From: Pseudomonadota bacterium
GTDB lineage: Bacteria; Desulfobacterota; Anaeroferrophillalia; Anaeroferrophillales; Tharpellaceae
Length of the DNA stretch: 46,514 nucleotides
Assembly: GCA_015486505.1 (NCBI GenBank)
Contig: WFRP01000068.1
Coordinates: 1-46,514 of the forward strand
Reading direction: 5' to 3'
Shown here: one piece after another, positions 7,448-18,111 of the stretch
Numbering within the stretch: position 1 is the stretch's first letter
Layout: every line of letters begins with the position of its first letter
The notes under the pieces: generated by a model
The model's database searches: none
Seen by the model: the letters and a program-made list of their open reading frames with translations, nothing else
What the model was told of the DNA's origin: nothing
Made by a program: the position numbers and the translations under genes

Positions 7448-9778
7448 ATGTACGAAATTAATGGTATTGTAGATAATCAGAGGGTTTCCTCCAAAGAATT
7501 GGAAGAGCAAATTCAGGCGGCCGTAAAAAACGGTGAGCGGCAGCTGCGCGTCATTGCCGACGGCCAGCACGGCATCGGCGGCCGGCTCTGGCCGACCCCG
7601 GAAGAGAAAACCATAATCATTGACGGAACTTCGGGTCAGCGGGCCGGCAGCATGGGCATGATGGGGACAAAAATCACCATCAACGGCTCCTGCTCCGATG
7701 ATGTCGGCTGGCTCAACTGCGGCGCCGAGATTACGGTTTTAGGCGACGTTGCCAACGGCGCTCATAATGCCGGAGCCCAGGGCAAACTCTATGTCCAGGG
7801 CGGCGGCGGTGCCCGATGTGACACCATGACCAAGTTCAACCCGCGTTTCGCCCCGCTTGAATCCTGGTATTTCCGTGATGTCGGCGACTCATTTGCTGAA
7901 TTTAAAGCCGGCGGCATCGCCGTGGTCTGTGGTGTCAACCCGCGTCATCCCGACTCGGTCCTCGGCTACCGGCCCTGCGTCGGCATGGTCGGCGGCACAA
8001 TCTATGTGCGCGGTACGGTTACCGATTACAGCGCCAAAGACAGCCGCCTTGAGGATCTGAACGATCAGGACTGGAAATGGCTGACCGAGAATATTGAGCC
8101 CTACCTTAAAGCAATCGATCGCTTATCATATCTTGATGAATTAACCGCAAACCGGGGTGACTGGCATAAAATTGTCGCCCTGACTCCGACGGAGCGCAGC
8201 AGCCTCGGCGGTGCCCGTCTGGCGATGGCTAAATTTCGCCTCGAAGTCTGGGATAAGGACATCGGCAAGGGCGGGATCGTCGGTGAACTTCTGCCGGTTG
8301 AAAACCGCACTATTCTGCCCTACATTACCTACGGTGAAGACCGGCGTTTCTATCCGAGCTGGGATAACGACCGTTTCACCGCCCCTTGTGAGTATAACTG
8401 CCCGACCGGGATTCCGACCCAGACCCGAACCCGCCTGATTCGTGAGGGCCGGCTCGAAGAGATGCTGGCACTGGTGCTTGAATATTCGCCGCTGCCGGCA
8501 ACCGTTTGCGGCAAGGTCTGCCCGAATCCCTGTATGGATGCCTGCAGCCGCAACGTCTGGCTCCGGGAACCGGTAGAAATCGGCTATCTCGGCAGTTTAA
8601 GCCTCAACACTCCGGCCCCGGAAAAAGCCGCCGCCCGGAAAGAAAAGGTTGCGGTCATCGGCGGGGGACCCGCCGGTCTTGCCGCCGCCTGGAAACTCGC
8701 GTTAGCGGGTATTCAGGTTACGATTTTTGAAAGCGCGGCGGAACTCGGCGGTAAAATCTACCAGTGTATTCCGGAAGAGCGTCTGCCCCGGGAGATTCTA
8801 AACGCCGAACTTGAGCGGTTTAAAACCCTCGGGGTTGATGTCAAAACCAATACCGCCGTAACCGCGGATAAATTTGCCGAAATTAAAAAAGAGTTCGCAG
8901 CGGTGGTCTTGGCCGGCGGCGCCCACGCCCCGCGGATGATCCCCTTCCCCGGCTATGAAGATGTTATTCCCGGAATTACTTTCCTTAAAGCCCTGAATAA
9001 CCGGCAGCCGATTAAAATGGACGGCAAACGGGTCGTCATTATCGGCGCCGGTAATGTCGGTATGGATATCGCGGTTGAAGCCTATAATCTGGGGGCGGCT
9101 TCGGTGATTGCGGTCGACATTCAGGCCCCGGCCAGTTTCGGCAAGGAACAGCAGATGGCGGCGGCTCGCGGCACCAAAATTCTTTACCCCAAATTTACCG
9201 ACCGCTATGTTAAAGAGGAAAAGAAAATCTATTTTAAAGACGGCAGTTTCCTCGATGTCGATGCCGTGCTGATCTCGATCGGTGAAAGCCCGGAACTTGA
9301 TTATCTGCCTGAAGATATGGCCAAGGATCGCGGTTATTTAAAGGTCGATCAATGGGGCCGCACTAATTACAAAGGTCTTTATGCCGCCGGTGATGTTACG
9401 GCCCCGGGCCTGATCACCAATGCTCTGGGAGCCGGGCGTTATACGGCGGAAGCCGTAATTGCCGATTTTGACGGCGTTAGCCTTGTGGATCGTAACGCGA
9501 CTATGATCGACTATGACCGGATCAAATCCGAATATTATGAACGGGACCGCCAGAAAGCCGGTGAAGATGGTGATACTGAAGCCCTGCGCTGTCTCTCCTG
9601 CGGCACCTGCCGCGACTGTTCGACCTGCGAAGAATCCTGCTTCCGCGGGGCGATTACCCGGGAAGAAACTGAAGATGGCGGTTTTCAATATGTCGTCAAT
9701 GAAAACCAGTGCATCGGCTGCGGTTTCTGTGTCGCGGTCTGTCCCTGCGGCATCTGGCAGATGAATCCGGCGTCATAG
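7448..9778 (+). CDS. Fusion of the GXGXG domain (GltB domain 3), a GltD-like NAD(P)H/FAD oxidoreductase and a C-terminal 2x[4Fe-4S] ferredoxin
   Basis: Glycine-rich repeats (GQHGIGG, GTSGQRAGSMG, GDVANGAHNAGAQG). Dinucleotide folds VAVIGGGPAGLAAAWKLA and VVIIGAGNVGMDIA. C-terminal CLSCGTCRDCSTC and CIGCGFCVAVCP. The start is moved from track 7340 to ATG 7448 (MYEINGIV), downstream of the preceding stop at 7384-7386. Confidence 0.8.
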   Translation: MYEINGIVDNQRVSSKELEEQIQAAVKNGERQLRVIADGQHGIGGRLWPTPEEKTIIIDGTSGQRAGSMGMMGTKITINGSCSDDVGWLNCGAEITVLGDVANGAHNAGAQGKLYVQGGGGARCDTMTKFNPRFAPLESWYFRDVGDSFAEFKAGGIAVVCGVNPRHPDSVLGYRPCVGMVGGTIYVRGTVTDYSAKDSRLEDLNDQDWKWLTENIEPYLKAIDRLSYLDELTANRGDWHKIVALTPTERSSLGGARLAMAKFRLEVWDKDIGKGGIVGELLPVENRTILPYITYGEDRRFYPSWDNDRFTAPCEYNCPTGIPTQTRTRLIREGRLEEMLALVLEYSPLPATVCGKVCPNPCMDACSRNVWLREPVEIGYLGSLSLNTPAPEKAAARKEKVAVIGGGPAGLAAAWKLALAGIQVTIFESAAELGGKIYQCIPEERLPREILNAELERFKTLGVDVKTNTAVTADKFAEIKKEFAAVVLAGGAHAPRMIPFPGYEDVIPGITFLKALNNRQPIKMDGKRVVIIGAGNVGMDIAVEAYNLGAASVIAVDIQAPASFGKEQQMAAARGTKILYPKFTDRYVKEEKKIYFKDGSFLDVDAVLISIGESPELDYLPEDMAKDRGYLKVDQWGRTNYKGLYAAGDVTAPGLITNALGAGRYTAEAVIADFDGVSLVDRNATMIDYDRIKSEYYERDRQKAGEDGDTEALRCLSCGTCRDCSTCEESCFRGAITREETEDGGFQYVVNENQCIGCGFCVAVCPCGIWQMNPAS

Positions 9779-9788
9779 CCATCAAATT

Positions 9789-11165
9789 ATGTGTGGAATA
9801 ATCGGCATTTACAATCATCCTGAGGCGAGCAACCTGGCCTACCTCGGACTCTACGCGATGCAGCATCGGGGTCAGGAAAGCGCCGGGATCATCTCAACCG
9901 ACGGGACTCAATTCTACTCCCATAAAGCGATGGGTCTGGTCTCGGATATTTTCCCTCTCGATGTAATTGCCCGGCTCCCCGGCAACACCGCCATCGGCCA
10001 TGTCCGCTATTCGACAACCGGCGCCAGCCTTTTAAATAACAGCCAGCCGTTTATGATCAACTACGCCCACGGCACTCTGGCGATCGCCCATAACGGCAAC
10101 CTCGTAAATGCTGAAGAAATAAAACATGATTTAGTCAGTAAGGGCGCGATATTTCAGTCGTCAATGGACACTGAAGTGATCATGCATCTAATTGCCGGGT
10201 TCCAGGAGCCGGATCTGGTCGAAAGTATTGCCGCGGCGCTAAGACGGATTAAAGGGGCTTATTCACTGGTTTTCATAAACGGCAAAAGCCTGATCGCCGC
10301 CCGGGACCCGCGTGGAGTCCGGCCCCTGGTTTTAGGAAAGATTAATGATACCTATGTGGTCTCTTCCGAATCCTGTGTCTTTGATCTGATTGAGGCCGAA
10401 TTTATCCGTGAGATCGAACCCGGTGAAATTCTGGTTATCAATGAAAAAGGACTCAAATCATACCACCCATTTCCGGAGCAAAAAGCGGCCAACTGTATTT
10501 TTGAACATATCTATTTCGCCCGCCCGGACAGCACTCTCTTTGGCGATACCGTCTACAATGTCAGAAAAAGACTGGGCCGCCTGCTCGCGCGGGAACATCC
10601 GGTGGCCGCCGACATGGTGGTTCCGGTACCGGATTCCGGCATCCCCGCCGCCCTGGGCTATGCGCAGGAACTTAACATCCCCTGGGAGCTGGCCCTGATC
10701 CGTAACCACTACGTCGGCCGGACTTTCATTGAACCAAGTCAGTCAATCCGCCATTTCGGGGTCAAGATAAAACTTAACGCCATCAAAAGCATGTTTGCCG
10801 GAAAACGGGTGGTGGTGGTTGACGATTCCATTGTCCGGGGCACGACTATGCGCAAGATTATCAAAATGATTCGGGCGGCCGGAGCCCTGGAAATTCATGT
10901 CCGCATCAGCTCACCGCCGACTGATTTCCCCTGCTACTACGGCATCGATACTCCGACCCGCAAAGAGTTGATCGCGTCAAGCCATTCCATTGACGACATT
11001 CGGCGTTATATTACCGCAGACTCGCTCAACTACATCAGCAGTGGAGATCTCGCCCAGGCAATAAACTGCAAACGCAGCTTTTGTGACGCCTGTTTCACCG
11101 GCAATTACCCGATCACATTCCCCGGCATTGAGGAATCAGGTTCCACCCAACCGCGGCTCTTCTGA
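9789..11165 (+). CDS. purF: Amidophosphoribosyltransferase
   Basis: MCGIIGIY N-terminal Cys nucleophile. PRPP-binding motif [13 protein letters not shown]. Full-length 458 aa. Confidence 0.95.
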   Translation: MCGIIGIYNHPEASNLAYLGLYAMQHRGQESAGIISTDGTQFYSHKAMGLVSDIFPLDVIARLPGNTAIGHVRYSTTGASLLNNSQPFMINYAHGTLAIAHNGNLVNAEEIKHDLVSKGAIFQSSMDTEVIMHLIAGFQEPDLVESIAAALRRIKGAYSLVFINGKSLIAARDPRGVRPLVLGKINDTYVVSSESCVFDLIEAEFIREIEPGEILVINEKGLKSYHPFPEQKAANCIFEHIYFARPDSTLFGDTVYNVRKRLGRLLAREHPVAADMVVPVPDSGIPAALGYAQELNIPWELALIRNHYVGRTFIEPSQSIRHFGVKIKLNAIKSMFAGKRVVVVDDSIVRGTTMRKIIKMIRAAGALEIHVRISSPPTDFPCYYGIDTPTRKELIASSHSIDDIRRYITADSLNYISSGDLAQAINCKRSFCDACFTGNYPITFPGIEESGSTQPRLF

Positions 11166-11178
11166 TTATCAGCCTTCC

Positions 11179-11733
11179 ATGAACAACTCTAATACCGATC
11201 CCAAACCCTGGAAATTATTAAAACAGACTCCGGGCCCGGAATTAAAGGTTTTCAAGAGCCGCTTTGAAGAGCGCTTAAATCCGCGCAATAATAAAGTGCT
11301 GGAGTGCCTGATTCTTGATTCCAGGGACTGGGTTAACGTCGTCGCTCTGACCCCGGCCCGGGAAACCGTTCTCGTCAAACAGTTTCGTTTCGGCAGCGGT
11401 GCCGTAACGATTGAGATTCCCGGCGGCGTGATCGATAACGGTGAAGAACATGAGGCCGCGGCCAAAAGAGAGCTTAGAGAAGAAACCGGTTACACTTCCA
11501 CAAAATGGACCTATCTCGGTGCCAGCGAACCGAATCCGGCAATCCTCAATAACCTCTGCCACCACTGGCTGGCGGAAGATGTGAAGAAATGCTATGCGAT
11601 AGATCTGGATGAGGGCGAGGATATCGCGATTTTCACCGCGGGTCTCGATGAAATCAGAAAAGCGGTCAAATCCGGACGCCTGCGCCACGCCCTGGCGCTT
11701 ACCGGGTTAAGCAAAGTATTTGATCTCAGATAG
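11179..11733 (+). CDS. NUDIX hydrolase (ADP-ribose pyrophosphatase-like)
   Basis: Nudix box [24 protein letters not shown]. The start is moved to ATG 11179 (MNNSNTD...) because the track start at 11083 overlaps the purF 3' end. Confidence 0.8.
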   Translation: MNNSNTDPKPWKLLKQTPGPELKVFKSRFEERLNPRNNKVLECLILDSRDWVNVVALTPARETVLVKQFRFGSGAVTIEIPGGVIDNGEEHEAAAKRELREETGYTSTKWTYLGASEPNPAILNNLCHHWLAEDVKKCYAIDLDEGEDIAIFTAGLDEIRKAVKSGRLRHALALTGLSKVFDLR

Positions 11734-11939
11734 ATGGCGTCGCAAAAAGCTCCATCTGCTGCGTTCCCCTGCAACCTTCGTCACTGCGGCGTACTGTGCG
11801 TACGCCTCATTCCTCAGGTTTTGGGCGCCTTGCGCCCGGAGGAAGTGCCCTTGGGGTGCATATGAAGCTTTTTACTTAGCCATCGAGTATTTTGACTTCT
11901 AAGTAACGGTTTGTAACTGTAGGAAATTATGTAGATTTT

Positions 11940-12014
11940 ATCTGTGTCTATCCGTGTCCATCTGTGGTTCAACAAAAAAATAGAAACCACAGATGAACGC
12001 AGATTAACACAGAT
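11940..12014. repeat. 75-bp imperfect palindrome built from 10-bp-spaced ATCYGTG / CRCAGAT heptamers
   Basis: ATCTGTGtctATCCGTGtccATCTGTGgtt - 15 nt - aacCACAGATgaaCGCAGATtaaCACAGAT. The innermost arms CATCTGTGGTT/AACCACAGATG are perfectly complementary. Confidence 0.85.
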
Positions 12015-12107
12015 TTGGTTCCTCTCACGTTACTTGTATATATATGTGGCCGCGATAGCGGTCTGGGATACTTTTTACGAGTTTATCAGATAAGAATTGG
12101 GGGGAAG

Positions 12108-13778
12108 ATGAAAATTGCTCTGGCCCAGCTTAATCCGACTGTCGGTGACCTCGACGCCAATCTTGAAAAACTGAAACTCAATTTCGCAGAAATAGCTAAA
12201 TCCGATACTGATCTGATAATTCTGCCGGAACTTTTTCTCACCGGCTACCCCCCGCGCGATCTGCTTGACTACGACTCTTTTATTGCTCACTGTGAAACCA
12301 CCCTGGAAAAGCTGGTCGAGTTTTCTCAAACCTGTCCCCAAACCGCGATTTTGGTCGGCACCGTCACCCGCTGTGAGCTTGAACACGGGAAGAAATTATA
12401 TAACAGCGCCGTTTTAATCGAAAACCGGAAAATTATTTTCACCCAGCATAAAACCCTGCTGCCGACTTATGATGTTTTTGATGAAAGCCGCTATTTTGCC
12501 CCGGCGCAAGACCTGCGGGTCTGCCCGTTTCGCGGTGAGATTTTAGGCATATCCATATGTGAAGATGCCTGGAATGAAACGGCGGCCCCGCTGCCGCACC
12601 CCTACAAACAGAACCCGCTGGCCCAATTAAGCGCGGCCGGGGCAACCATATTTATCAATCTCTCGGCCTCCCCTTATTGTCTGGGCAAAGAACAAATCCG
12701 TCTGGAGTTGCTGGCCCGGCAATCCCGGCAATATGATCTGCCGCTGTTAATGGTTAACCAGATTGGCGGTAACGATGAATTGATCTTTGACGGCTGCAGC
12801 CTGGCCTTAAATCGCAAAGGCAATCTCATCTCCCAGGCCCCACAATTTATTGAAAAAATTCTCTATATTGATGCCGGTGAGCTTAAAAAAAATCACCCCC
12901 CTGAAACCATAAACAAGGTTAGGCCGGACACGATTCCCGACCGCCTGGCCCAACTTGAGAACGCGCTGATTCTCGGAATCCGGGACTATTTCCAAAAATG
13001 CGGCTTTTCCGAAACCGTAATCGGTCTTTCCGGCGGCATTGATTCGGCCTTAACCTGCACTCTGGCAGTTAAAGCGCTGGGTAAAGACAAGGTTTGGGGC
13101 ATTACCATGCCTTCTCCCTACTCCTCCGGCGGCAGTGTTGAAGATTCGAAAATCCTGGCCGAAAATCTGGGTATCCGCTTCGCTATCGTTCCGATCACTT
13201 CTCTTTATCAAAGCTATCTTGACGCGCTCCAGCCACTCTTTGCCGATCTGCCGGCCGGACTCGCGGAAGAAAATATTCAGGCCCGTATCCGCGGCAATAT
13301 TCTGATGTCAATCGCCAACAAATTCAACCGCCTGCTTTTAACCACCGGCAACAAAAGTGAACTTGCGGTCGGCTACTGCACCCTCTACGGCGATATGAGC
13401 GGCGGCCTGGCACCGATTTCCGATCTTCCCAAGGGACTGGTTTATGAGCTTTCGCGCTACTGTAACCGGGATAAAATTATCATTCCGGAAGCAACCTTAA
13501 CCAAGGAACCCTCGGCTGAGTTACGACCGGAGCAAAAAGATCAGGATTCACTGCCGCCCTACGATCTTCTCGACCGGGTGCTCAACCTTTACATCGATGA
13601 AGGAAGGGCGGCCGGCCAAATTATTGAAAGTGAAGGTTTTTCCGCGGAAACCGTAAACTGGATTATCTCCGCCGTTAAACGCAACGAATACAAGCGCCGC
13701 CAGGCTCCACCCGGCCTCAAAGTCACCGGCAAGGCCTTCGGTTGCGGCCGGCGCATGCCGATTGCCGCCCGTTACTGA
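12108..13778 (+). CDS. nadE: Glutamine-dependent NAD+ synthetase
   Basis: N-terminal CN-hydrolase/glutaminase domain (MKIALAQLNP..., ICEDAW) plus C-terminal NAD synthetase PP-loop (GLSGGIDSAL). GGGGAAG lies before ATG 12108. The track TTG start at 12015 lies just after the upstream palindrome. Confidence 0.9.
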   Translation: MKIALAQLNPTVGDLDANLEKLKLNFAEIAKSDTDLIILPELFLTGYPPRDLLDYDSFIAHCETTLEKLVEFSQTCPQTAILVGTVTRCELEHGKKLYNSAVLIENRKIIFTQHKTLLPTYDVFDESRYFAPAQDLRVCPFRGEILGISICEDAWNETAAPLPHPYKQNPLAQLSAAGATIFINLSASPYCLGKEQIRLELLARQSRQYDLPLLMVNQIGGNDELIFDGCSLALNRKGNLISQAPQFIEKILYIDAGELKKNHPPETINKVRPDTIPDRLAQLENALILGIRDYFQKCGFSETVIGLSGGIDSALTCTLAVKALGKDKVWGITMPSPYSSGGSVEDSKILAENLGIRFAIVPITSLYQSYLDALQPLFADLPAGLAEENIQARIRGNILMSIANKFNRLLLTTGNKSELAVGYCTLYGDMSGGLAPISDLPKGLVYELSRYCNRDKIIIPEATLTKEPSAELRPEQKDQDSLPPYDLLDRVLNLYIDEGRAAGQIIESEGFSAETVNWIISAVKRNEYKRRQAPPGLKVTGKAFGCGRRMPIAARY

Positions 13779-13836
13779 GCGGATCATTTGCTGCTGCAAT
13801 TTGCCGCTGTAAGCAAATACCCATAAGTCAAGCCTG

Positions 13837-13903
13837 CCCCCAATTCCTGCAAGCCTGCCCCCAATTCACTGCCCCCAATTCGACCCCCAATTAACCCCCA
13901 ATT
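13837..13903 (+). repeat. Five closely spaced CCCCCAATT motifs
   Basis: CCCCCAATT occurs at 13837, 13858, 13872, 13884 and 13895 (spacings 21, 14, 12 and 11 nt), in the nadE-MCP intergenic region. Confidence 0.85.
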
Positions 13904-14054
13904 TAAAGTATGATAACAACTACTCAAACTCTTAAATTAATGGAACAAAAACTTGACAAACTTTGAGTTGTGTCTTAATAAACCGAATATGTAGGGATCG
14001 CAGCACCTGCAACATAGCAATATATACATATATATGTTTACATGGAGACGCAAA

Positions 14055-15473
14055 ATGGCTGACCAATTTCCCGCAGAACATCAATTGCCACCGGAGGTTG
14101 AGCGCACTATCAAAAAAGTTTCCAATGATGCCGGCAAAATGGTTATTGAAATTGCCGACATCGCCGGTGAAGTTGACGACATCAGCAAATTGACCGAGCA
14201 GCAGGAAGCCGAGTTCGCGAATCTACGCCAGGCCACGACAGTGATGGAGGAAAACACTGCCGCCATCAATCGTGCCATCAAAGACAGCATTGAGGTCGCG
14301 GAAGCCGCCAACCAGGATCTGGAAACCTCAAAAACCCAGGTAGACGCCTCGCTGACACAAATCAATACCCTGGCCGAGTCGGTGCAATCAATTGCCACCG
14401 CTCTTGAGAATCTGGCCGGGGCTTTAAGTGAAGTGCGCAAGGTCGCTCAGGCGATTCGTGGTATTGCCGGGCAAACCAACCTTTTGGCCCTTAACGCAAC
14501 CATTGAAGCCGCCCGGGCCGGCGAAGCCGGCCGCGGTTTCGCCGTCGTTGCCAGCGAAGTCAAAACCCTGGCGGCGGAGACCGCCAAAGCCACCAAGCAG
14601 ATCGACACAACCCTTGACAATCTCGATACCCAGATCAAACAACTCCAGGATGAGAGTGAACGCGGCAGCCGGGATTCAGTTCAGGCCCAGGCCGGAACCC
14701 AGGAGATTGGCGCGGCTTTGGAAACTGTAACCGAAGCGGTTATCAGGGTCAACGCTGAACTCAGCGAGATCGGCAACAACACTCAGAGTATAACTGATAG
14801 TGTCAGGATGGTAACCGAAGGTCTCGGCAGTCTTGACCAAAGCCTTGAAAATTCGCGCACCAATGTCAACGCCTCGCGAGAACAGTTGAACCGGTTGCGC
14901 GATTTCGGCGAAGGTCTGATTCACACCACCAATCAGCTCGGGGTCGAAACAAACGACAGCCACTTCATTCACGAAGTCAAAAAAACCGCGGTCGCAATCA
15001 GCCGCAGCCTCGAAGAAGCCGTCAGTAACGCCCGCATCTCCACACAGGATCTTTTCGACCAGGATTACAAGGAAATCCCCGGTACCGACCCGCAGCAGTT
15101 TACCACACGGGCTACCGGCTTCCTGGAATCAATCCTGCCACAATTCCAGGAGGCCCTGCTGGAAAAAATTCCCAGTCTGGTTTTCGTCGTCGCGGTCGAC
15201 ACCAATGGCTATCTCCCGGTCCACAACCGCAAATACTCGCAGCCGCAAAGGGCCAATGATCCGGTCTGGAATGCCGCCAACTGCCGCAACAAACGTATGT
15301 TCAACGACCGGGTCGGTCTGGCGGCCGGCCGGAATCAGGATGATTTTCTCCTGCAGGCCTATCGCCGGGATATGGGCGGCGGCAAACATGTCATGATGAA
15401 AGATATTTCCGCCCCGATAATAGTTCAGGGCCGCCACTGGGGCGGCCTGCGGGTCGCCTATAAAAACAGTTAA
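14055..15473 (+). CDS. Soluble methyl-accepting chemotaxis protein with an N-terminal signalling domain and a conserved C-terminal module
   Basis: MCP hairpin-tip motif [30 protein letters not shown]. No TM segment. The C-terminal 160 aa ([18 protein letters not shown]...[19 protein letters not shown]...[11 protein letters not shown]) is a module I recall recurring in cytoplasmic MCPs. GGAGA lies 6 nt before ATG 14055. Confidence 0.85.
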   Translation: MADQFPAEHQLPPEVERTIKKVSNDAGKMVIEIADIAGEVDDISKLTEQQEAEFANLRQATTVMEENTAAINRAIKDSIEVAEAANQDLETSKTQVDASLTQINTLAESVQSIATALENLAGALSEVRKVAQAIRGIAGQTNLLALNATIEAARAGEAGRGFAVVASEVKTLAAETAKATKQIDTTLDNLDTQIKQLQDESERGSRDSVQAQAGTQEIGAALETVTEAVIRVNAELSEIGNNTQSITDSVRMVTEGLGSLDQSLENSRTNVNASREQLNRLRDFGEGLIHTTNQLGVETNDSHFIHEVKKTAVAISRSLEEAVSNARISTQDLFDQDYKEIPGTDPQQFTTRATGFLESILPQFQEALLEKIPSLVFVVAVDTNGYLPVHNRKYSQPQRANDPVWNAANCRNKRMFNDRVGLAAGRNQDDFLLQAYRRDMGGGKHVMMKDISAPIIVQGRHWGGLRVAYKNS

Positions 15474-15511
15474 TCCCGGCTCAACTGTATTGACTTGGGA
15501 ATCAAAATCTG

Positions 15512-15728
15512 TTAGTACCCTACAGGTTATTTTCGGTTGGAAAAAACCAGAAAATGTTCTGATAAGAGCACTTATTTGCGCCCAACGGAAGTGCCCTTGG
15601 GGTGCGCCCAACGGAAGTGCCCTTGGGGTGCGCCCAACGGAAGTGCCCTTGGGGTGCGCCCAACGGAAGTGCCCCTGGGTACGGGCCGCAAGGCCCTGTT
15701 TGGGTTGCGGGAGTTGTTCCCGCATTAG
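15512..15728 (+). repeat. A-B-D(x4)-C copy of the mosaic intergenic repeat
   Basis: TTAGTACCCTACAGGTTATTTTC...AGAAAATGTTCTGATAAGAGCACTTATTTGCG, then four tandem 26-mers, then GGGTTGCGGGAGTTGTTCCCGCATTAG. Confidence 0.9.
15578..15680 (+). repeat. 26-bp tandem repeat x4 (GCGCCCAACGGAAGTGCCCTTGGGGT)
   Basis: Three exact units at 15578, 15604 and 15630, plus a variant fourth unit from 15656. Single copies of the same 26-mer occur inside the two full-length TIR elements. A degenerate copy lies at 11832-11859. Confidence 0.9.
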
Positions 15729-15991
15729 GTTGCTGCAATCTGCAACCGGAATTGAGTCAGGAGTGGAACTTGACGTAATTGAGTCGGAAACAGTAAACAT
15801 TCGGCTTTACTTCAAAACTGCTCAAATGTGGGGACAGACTTTCAGTTCTGTCCCCGTGCGAAACAGGGCGCAGCAAAGTTCGCTGGTTTTCTCTGTAACT
15901 TAAGTGCCGATCCGGTCAAGCCGAATATTTACCAAAAACAGAACTTGACCTGTTGTAATCAAAGAGCTTTCTCCAGGAATCAACTCAGGCG

Positions 15992-18004
15992 GTGACCATG
16001 AAAACTTCGATATTCACAAATATTCGGGCCAAAATTATTACCCTGATGTTACTGGGTATTGCCGGAATGGCTATCATCACAACCACAAATTTTGTCTTTG
16101 ATCAGAAAAAAAATCAAAATATAAATGTCGGCCGCGACAGTCAGACAGTCTCTGAAACCATCCTCGGAATGGTTATACTCGAAGAGCGTTTTATTGCTAA
16201 TGATGATAAAGCGCTGCTCGACAAAATAACCGGGCTTAACCAGAAAATGCACGACACCCTGAACTCCATCAAGACAACAGTATCCAACCCGAAAATTCTT
16301 GCTCTCATCTCGGCCATCGATCCTCTGGTGGCCGAGCATGCCGAAATCTTCACTGAGACCTCGAAGAATTTGACCTTGATGAATAAAACTAAAAACGAGT
16401 TCAAGGCAACCGACGCTGAAATAATTAAACGGTTGAAAGCCGTTATCAACGATATTGAGCAGCTACAGACCTCGCTGCTGATGCAGGGTGATGAGATAGA
16501 TGCGCAGGAACTCCTGCTCAAAGAAAAATTTAAAGATCTGGTCGCCTTTGACGTATTTAAAACCATCAATCTTTTAAATCTGCTCTCCTCCGGCGACAGC
16601 CAAACCTACGCGAAAGAATTTGCGGCTAACACCAAACGCTTGAAAAAGATGTCTCATGACACTGAAATTGTTCTTACCCTTATCAAAGACAAGCAACAGC
16701 ATCAAGACTGGAAGGAGATTTCAGAGCTGTTCAAAACCAACAAAAATCAGGAAGAGCACGTTTTCAAGTTATGGAACAATAACCGTCGACTCCTGGAAAA
16801 ACTTAATGATAATGTTAACAAAACCCGGGATGCCATCGCCAAGATTGTTGCAGTAACGAAAGATAACATTGCCAGCGGCAATAAAACCTCGCGTATGACC
16901 GGAATCATTGTTGCTTTGGTCGGTCTGGCGCTGATGCTTCTGCTGGGCACATTGGTAATTATCGCGATCGTCAGGCCCATCAAAAAAACTGTGACCATGC
17001 TCCGGGATATTGCTGAAGGTGAAGGTGATTTAACCAGCCGTCTGGAGAGTAAAAGTAAAGATGAAATCGGCGAACTGGCGCAATGGTTCAACCAGTTTAT
17101 CGGTAAGGTTCAAAGCATCATTATTGAGATCTCAACCCAGGTAAACCAGCTCAACCGCGCGGCGGGAAATCTTTCCGAGCTCTCTGACGGAATGTCTCAG
17201 GGCGCGGAACAGGTTCTGGCCAAGGCCGGCAATGTCGCCGCCGCCGCCGAGGAGATGAGCAGCAATACCTGCAATATTGCGGAAACCTCGGAACAGGCCA
17301 CCGGCAATGTCAACATTACGGCAACCTCAATCCAGGAGATGACTTCAGTCATCAACGAGATTGCCGACAACACCGCCAAAGCCCGTACAATTACGGTTGA
17401 ATCAGTCGAGCAGACCAACAATGCCAATCAGCAGGTTAATGAACTTGGCAGCGCGGCCCAGGAGATCGGAAAAGTTATTGAAACAATCACCTCCATCTCT
17501 TCTCAGGTCAATCTATTGGCTCTAAACGCAACCATCGAAGCGGCCCGCGCCGGTGAAGCCGGCAGAGGCTTTGCCGTAGTTGCCAACGAAATCAAGGAAC
17601 TGGCGCAGCAGACCGCCAATGCCGCCGGCGAAATCCAAAGTAAAGTTGAGGGGATTCAGCGAACGACCAAAGGCACCGTCGATGAAATTGAAACGGTTAC
17701 GGTCAAGGTCAATGAGATAAACGAGATCGTCTCGACTATTGCCGTAGCAATTGAAGAACAATCGGCAACCACTCGCAAGATGGCCGACACCATTGTCGGA
17801 GTTTCAGAGAATCTGAATGAAGTCAATGACAATATCGGCCAGACTTCGACCGTGGCCTCTGATATTGCCGCTGAAATTTCCGAAGTCACCACCGCGACTC
17901 AGGAACTTACCGACAGCAGCAGCCAGGTCAACAACCAGTCCTCCGATCTTGGCGCCCTTGCGGGTCAGCTTGAAAAGATTGTTAAGCAGTTTAAAATCCA
18001 GTAA
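15992..18004 (+). CDS. Transmembrane methyl-accepting chemotaxis protein (helical periplasmic sensor, HAMP, MCP signalling domain)
   Basis: 670 aa with two TM segments ([17 protein letters not shown] and [23 protein letters not shown]). HAMP region follows, then [30 protein letters not shown]. Confidence 0.9.
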   Translation: MTMKTSIFTNIRAKIITLMLLGIAGMAIITTTNFVFDQKKNQNINVGRDSQTVSETILGMVILEERFIANDDKALLDKITGLNQKMHDTLNSIKTTVSNPKILALISAIDPLVAEHAEIFTETSKNLTLMNKTKNEFKATDAEIIKRLKAVINDIEQLQTSLLMQGDEIDAQELLLKEKFKDLVAFDVFKTINLLNLLSSGDSQTYAKEFAANTKRLKKMSHDTEIVLTLIKDKQQHQDWKEISELFKTNKNQEEHVFKLWNNNRRLLEKLNDNVNKTRDAIAKIVAVTKDNIASGNKTSRMTGIIVALVGLALMLLLGTLVIIAIVRPIKKTVTMLRDIAEGEGDLTSRLESKSKDEIGELAQWFNQFIGKVQSIIIEISTQVNQLNRAAGNLSELSDGMSQGAEQVLAKAGNVAAAAEEMSSNTCNIAETSEQATGNVNITATSIQEMTSVINEIADNTAKARTITVESVEQTNNANQQVNELGSAAQEIGKVIETITSISSQVNLLALNATIEAARAGEAGRGFAVVANEIKELAQQTANAAGEIQSKVEGIQRTTKGTVDEIETVTVKVNEINEIVSTIAVAIEEQSATTRKMADTIVGVSENLNEVNDNIGQTSTVASDIAAEISEVTTATQELTDSSSQVNNQSSDLGALAGQLEKIVKQFKIQ

Positions 18005-18111
18005 AAAGGGAGGTGAAACTTTTTTCAGGAAAATCGTTAGAGCAGTTGATTCGTGCAAACATTAAGTTTGTCGATAAAAAATTCGTAACTATTCAGAACA
18101 AGGGGAAAAAT

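Noticed and set aside
12015-12107. TTG-initiated 31-aa N-terminal extension of nadE in the track ORF
   Set aside because: The extension starts directly at the end of the heptamer palindrome and has no similarity to the CN-hydrolase N-terminus. ATG 12108, preceded by GGGGAAG, gives the canonical MKIALAQLNP start.
15129-15800. 223-aa minus-strand ORF overlapping the 3' end of the soluble MCP gene and the repeat region
   Set aside because: It is antisense to a well-supported MCP C-terminal domain, and the rest lies in the 26-bp tandem repeat. Its translation is low-complexity.
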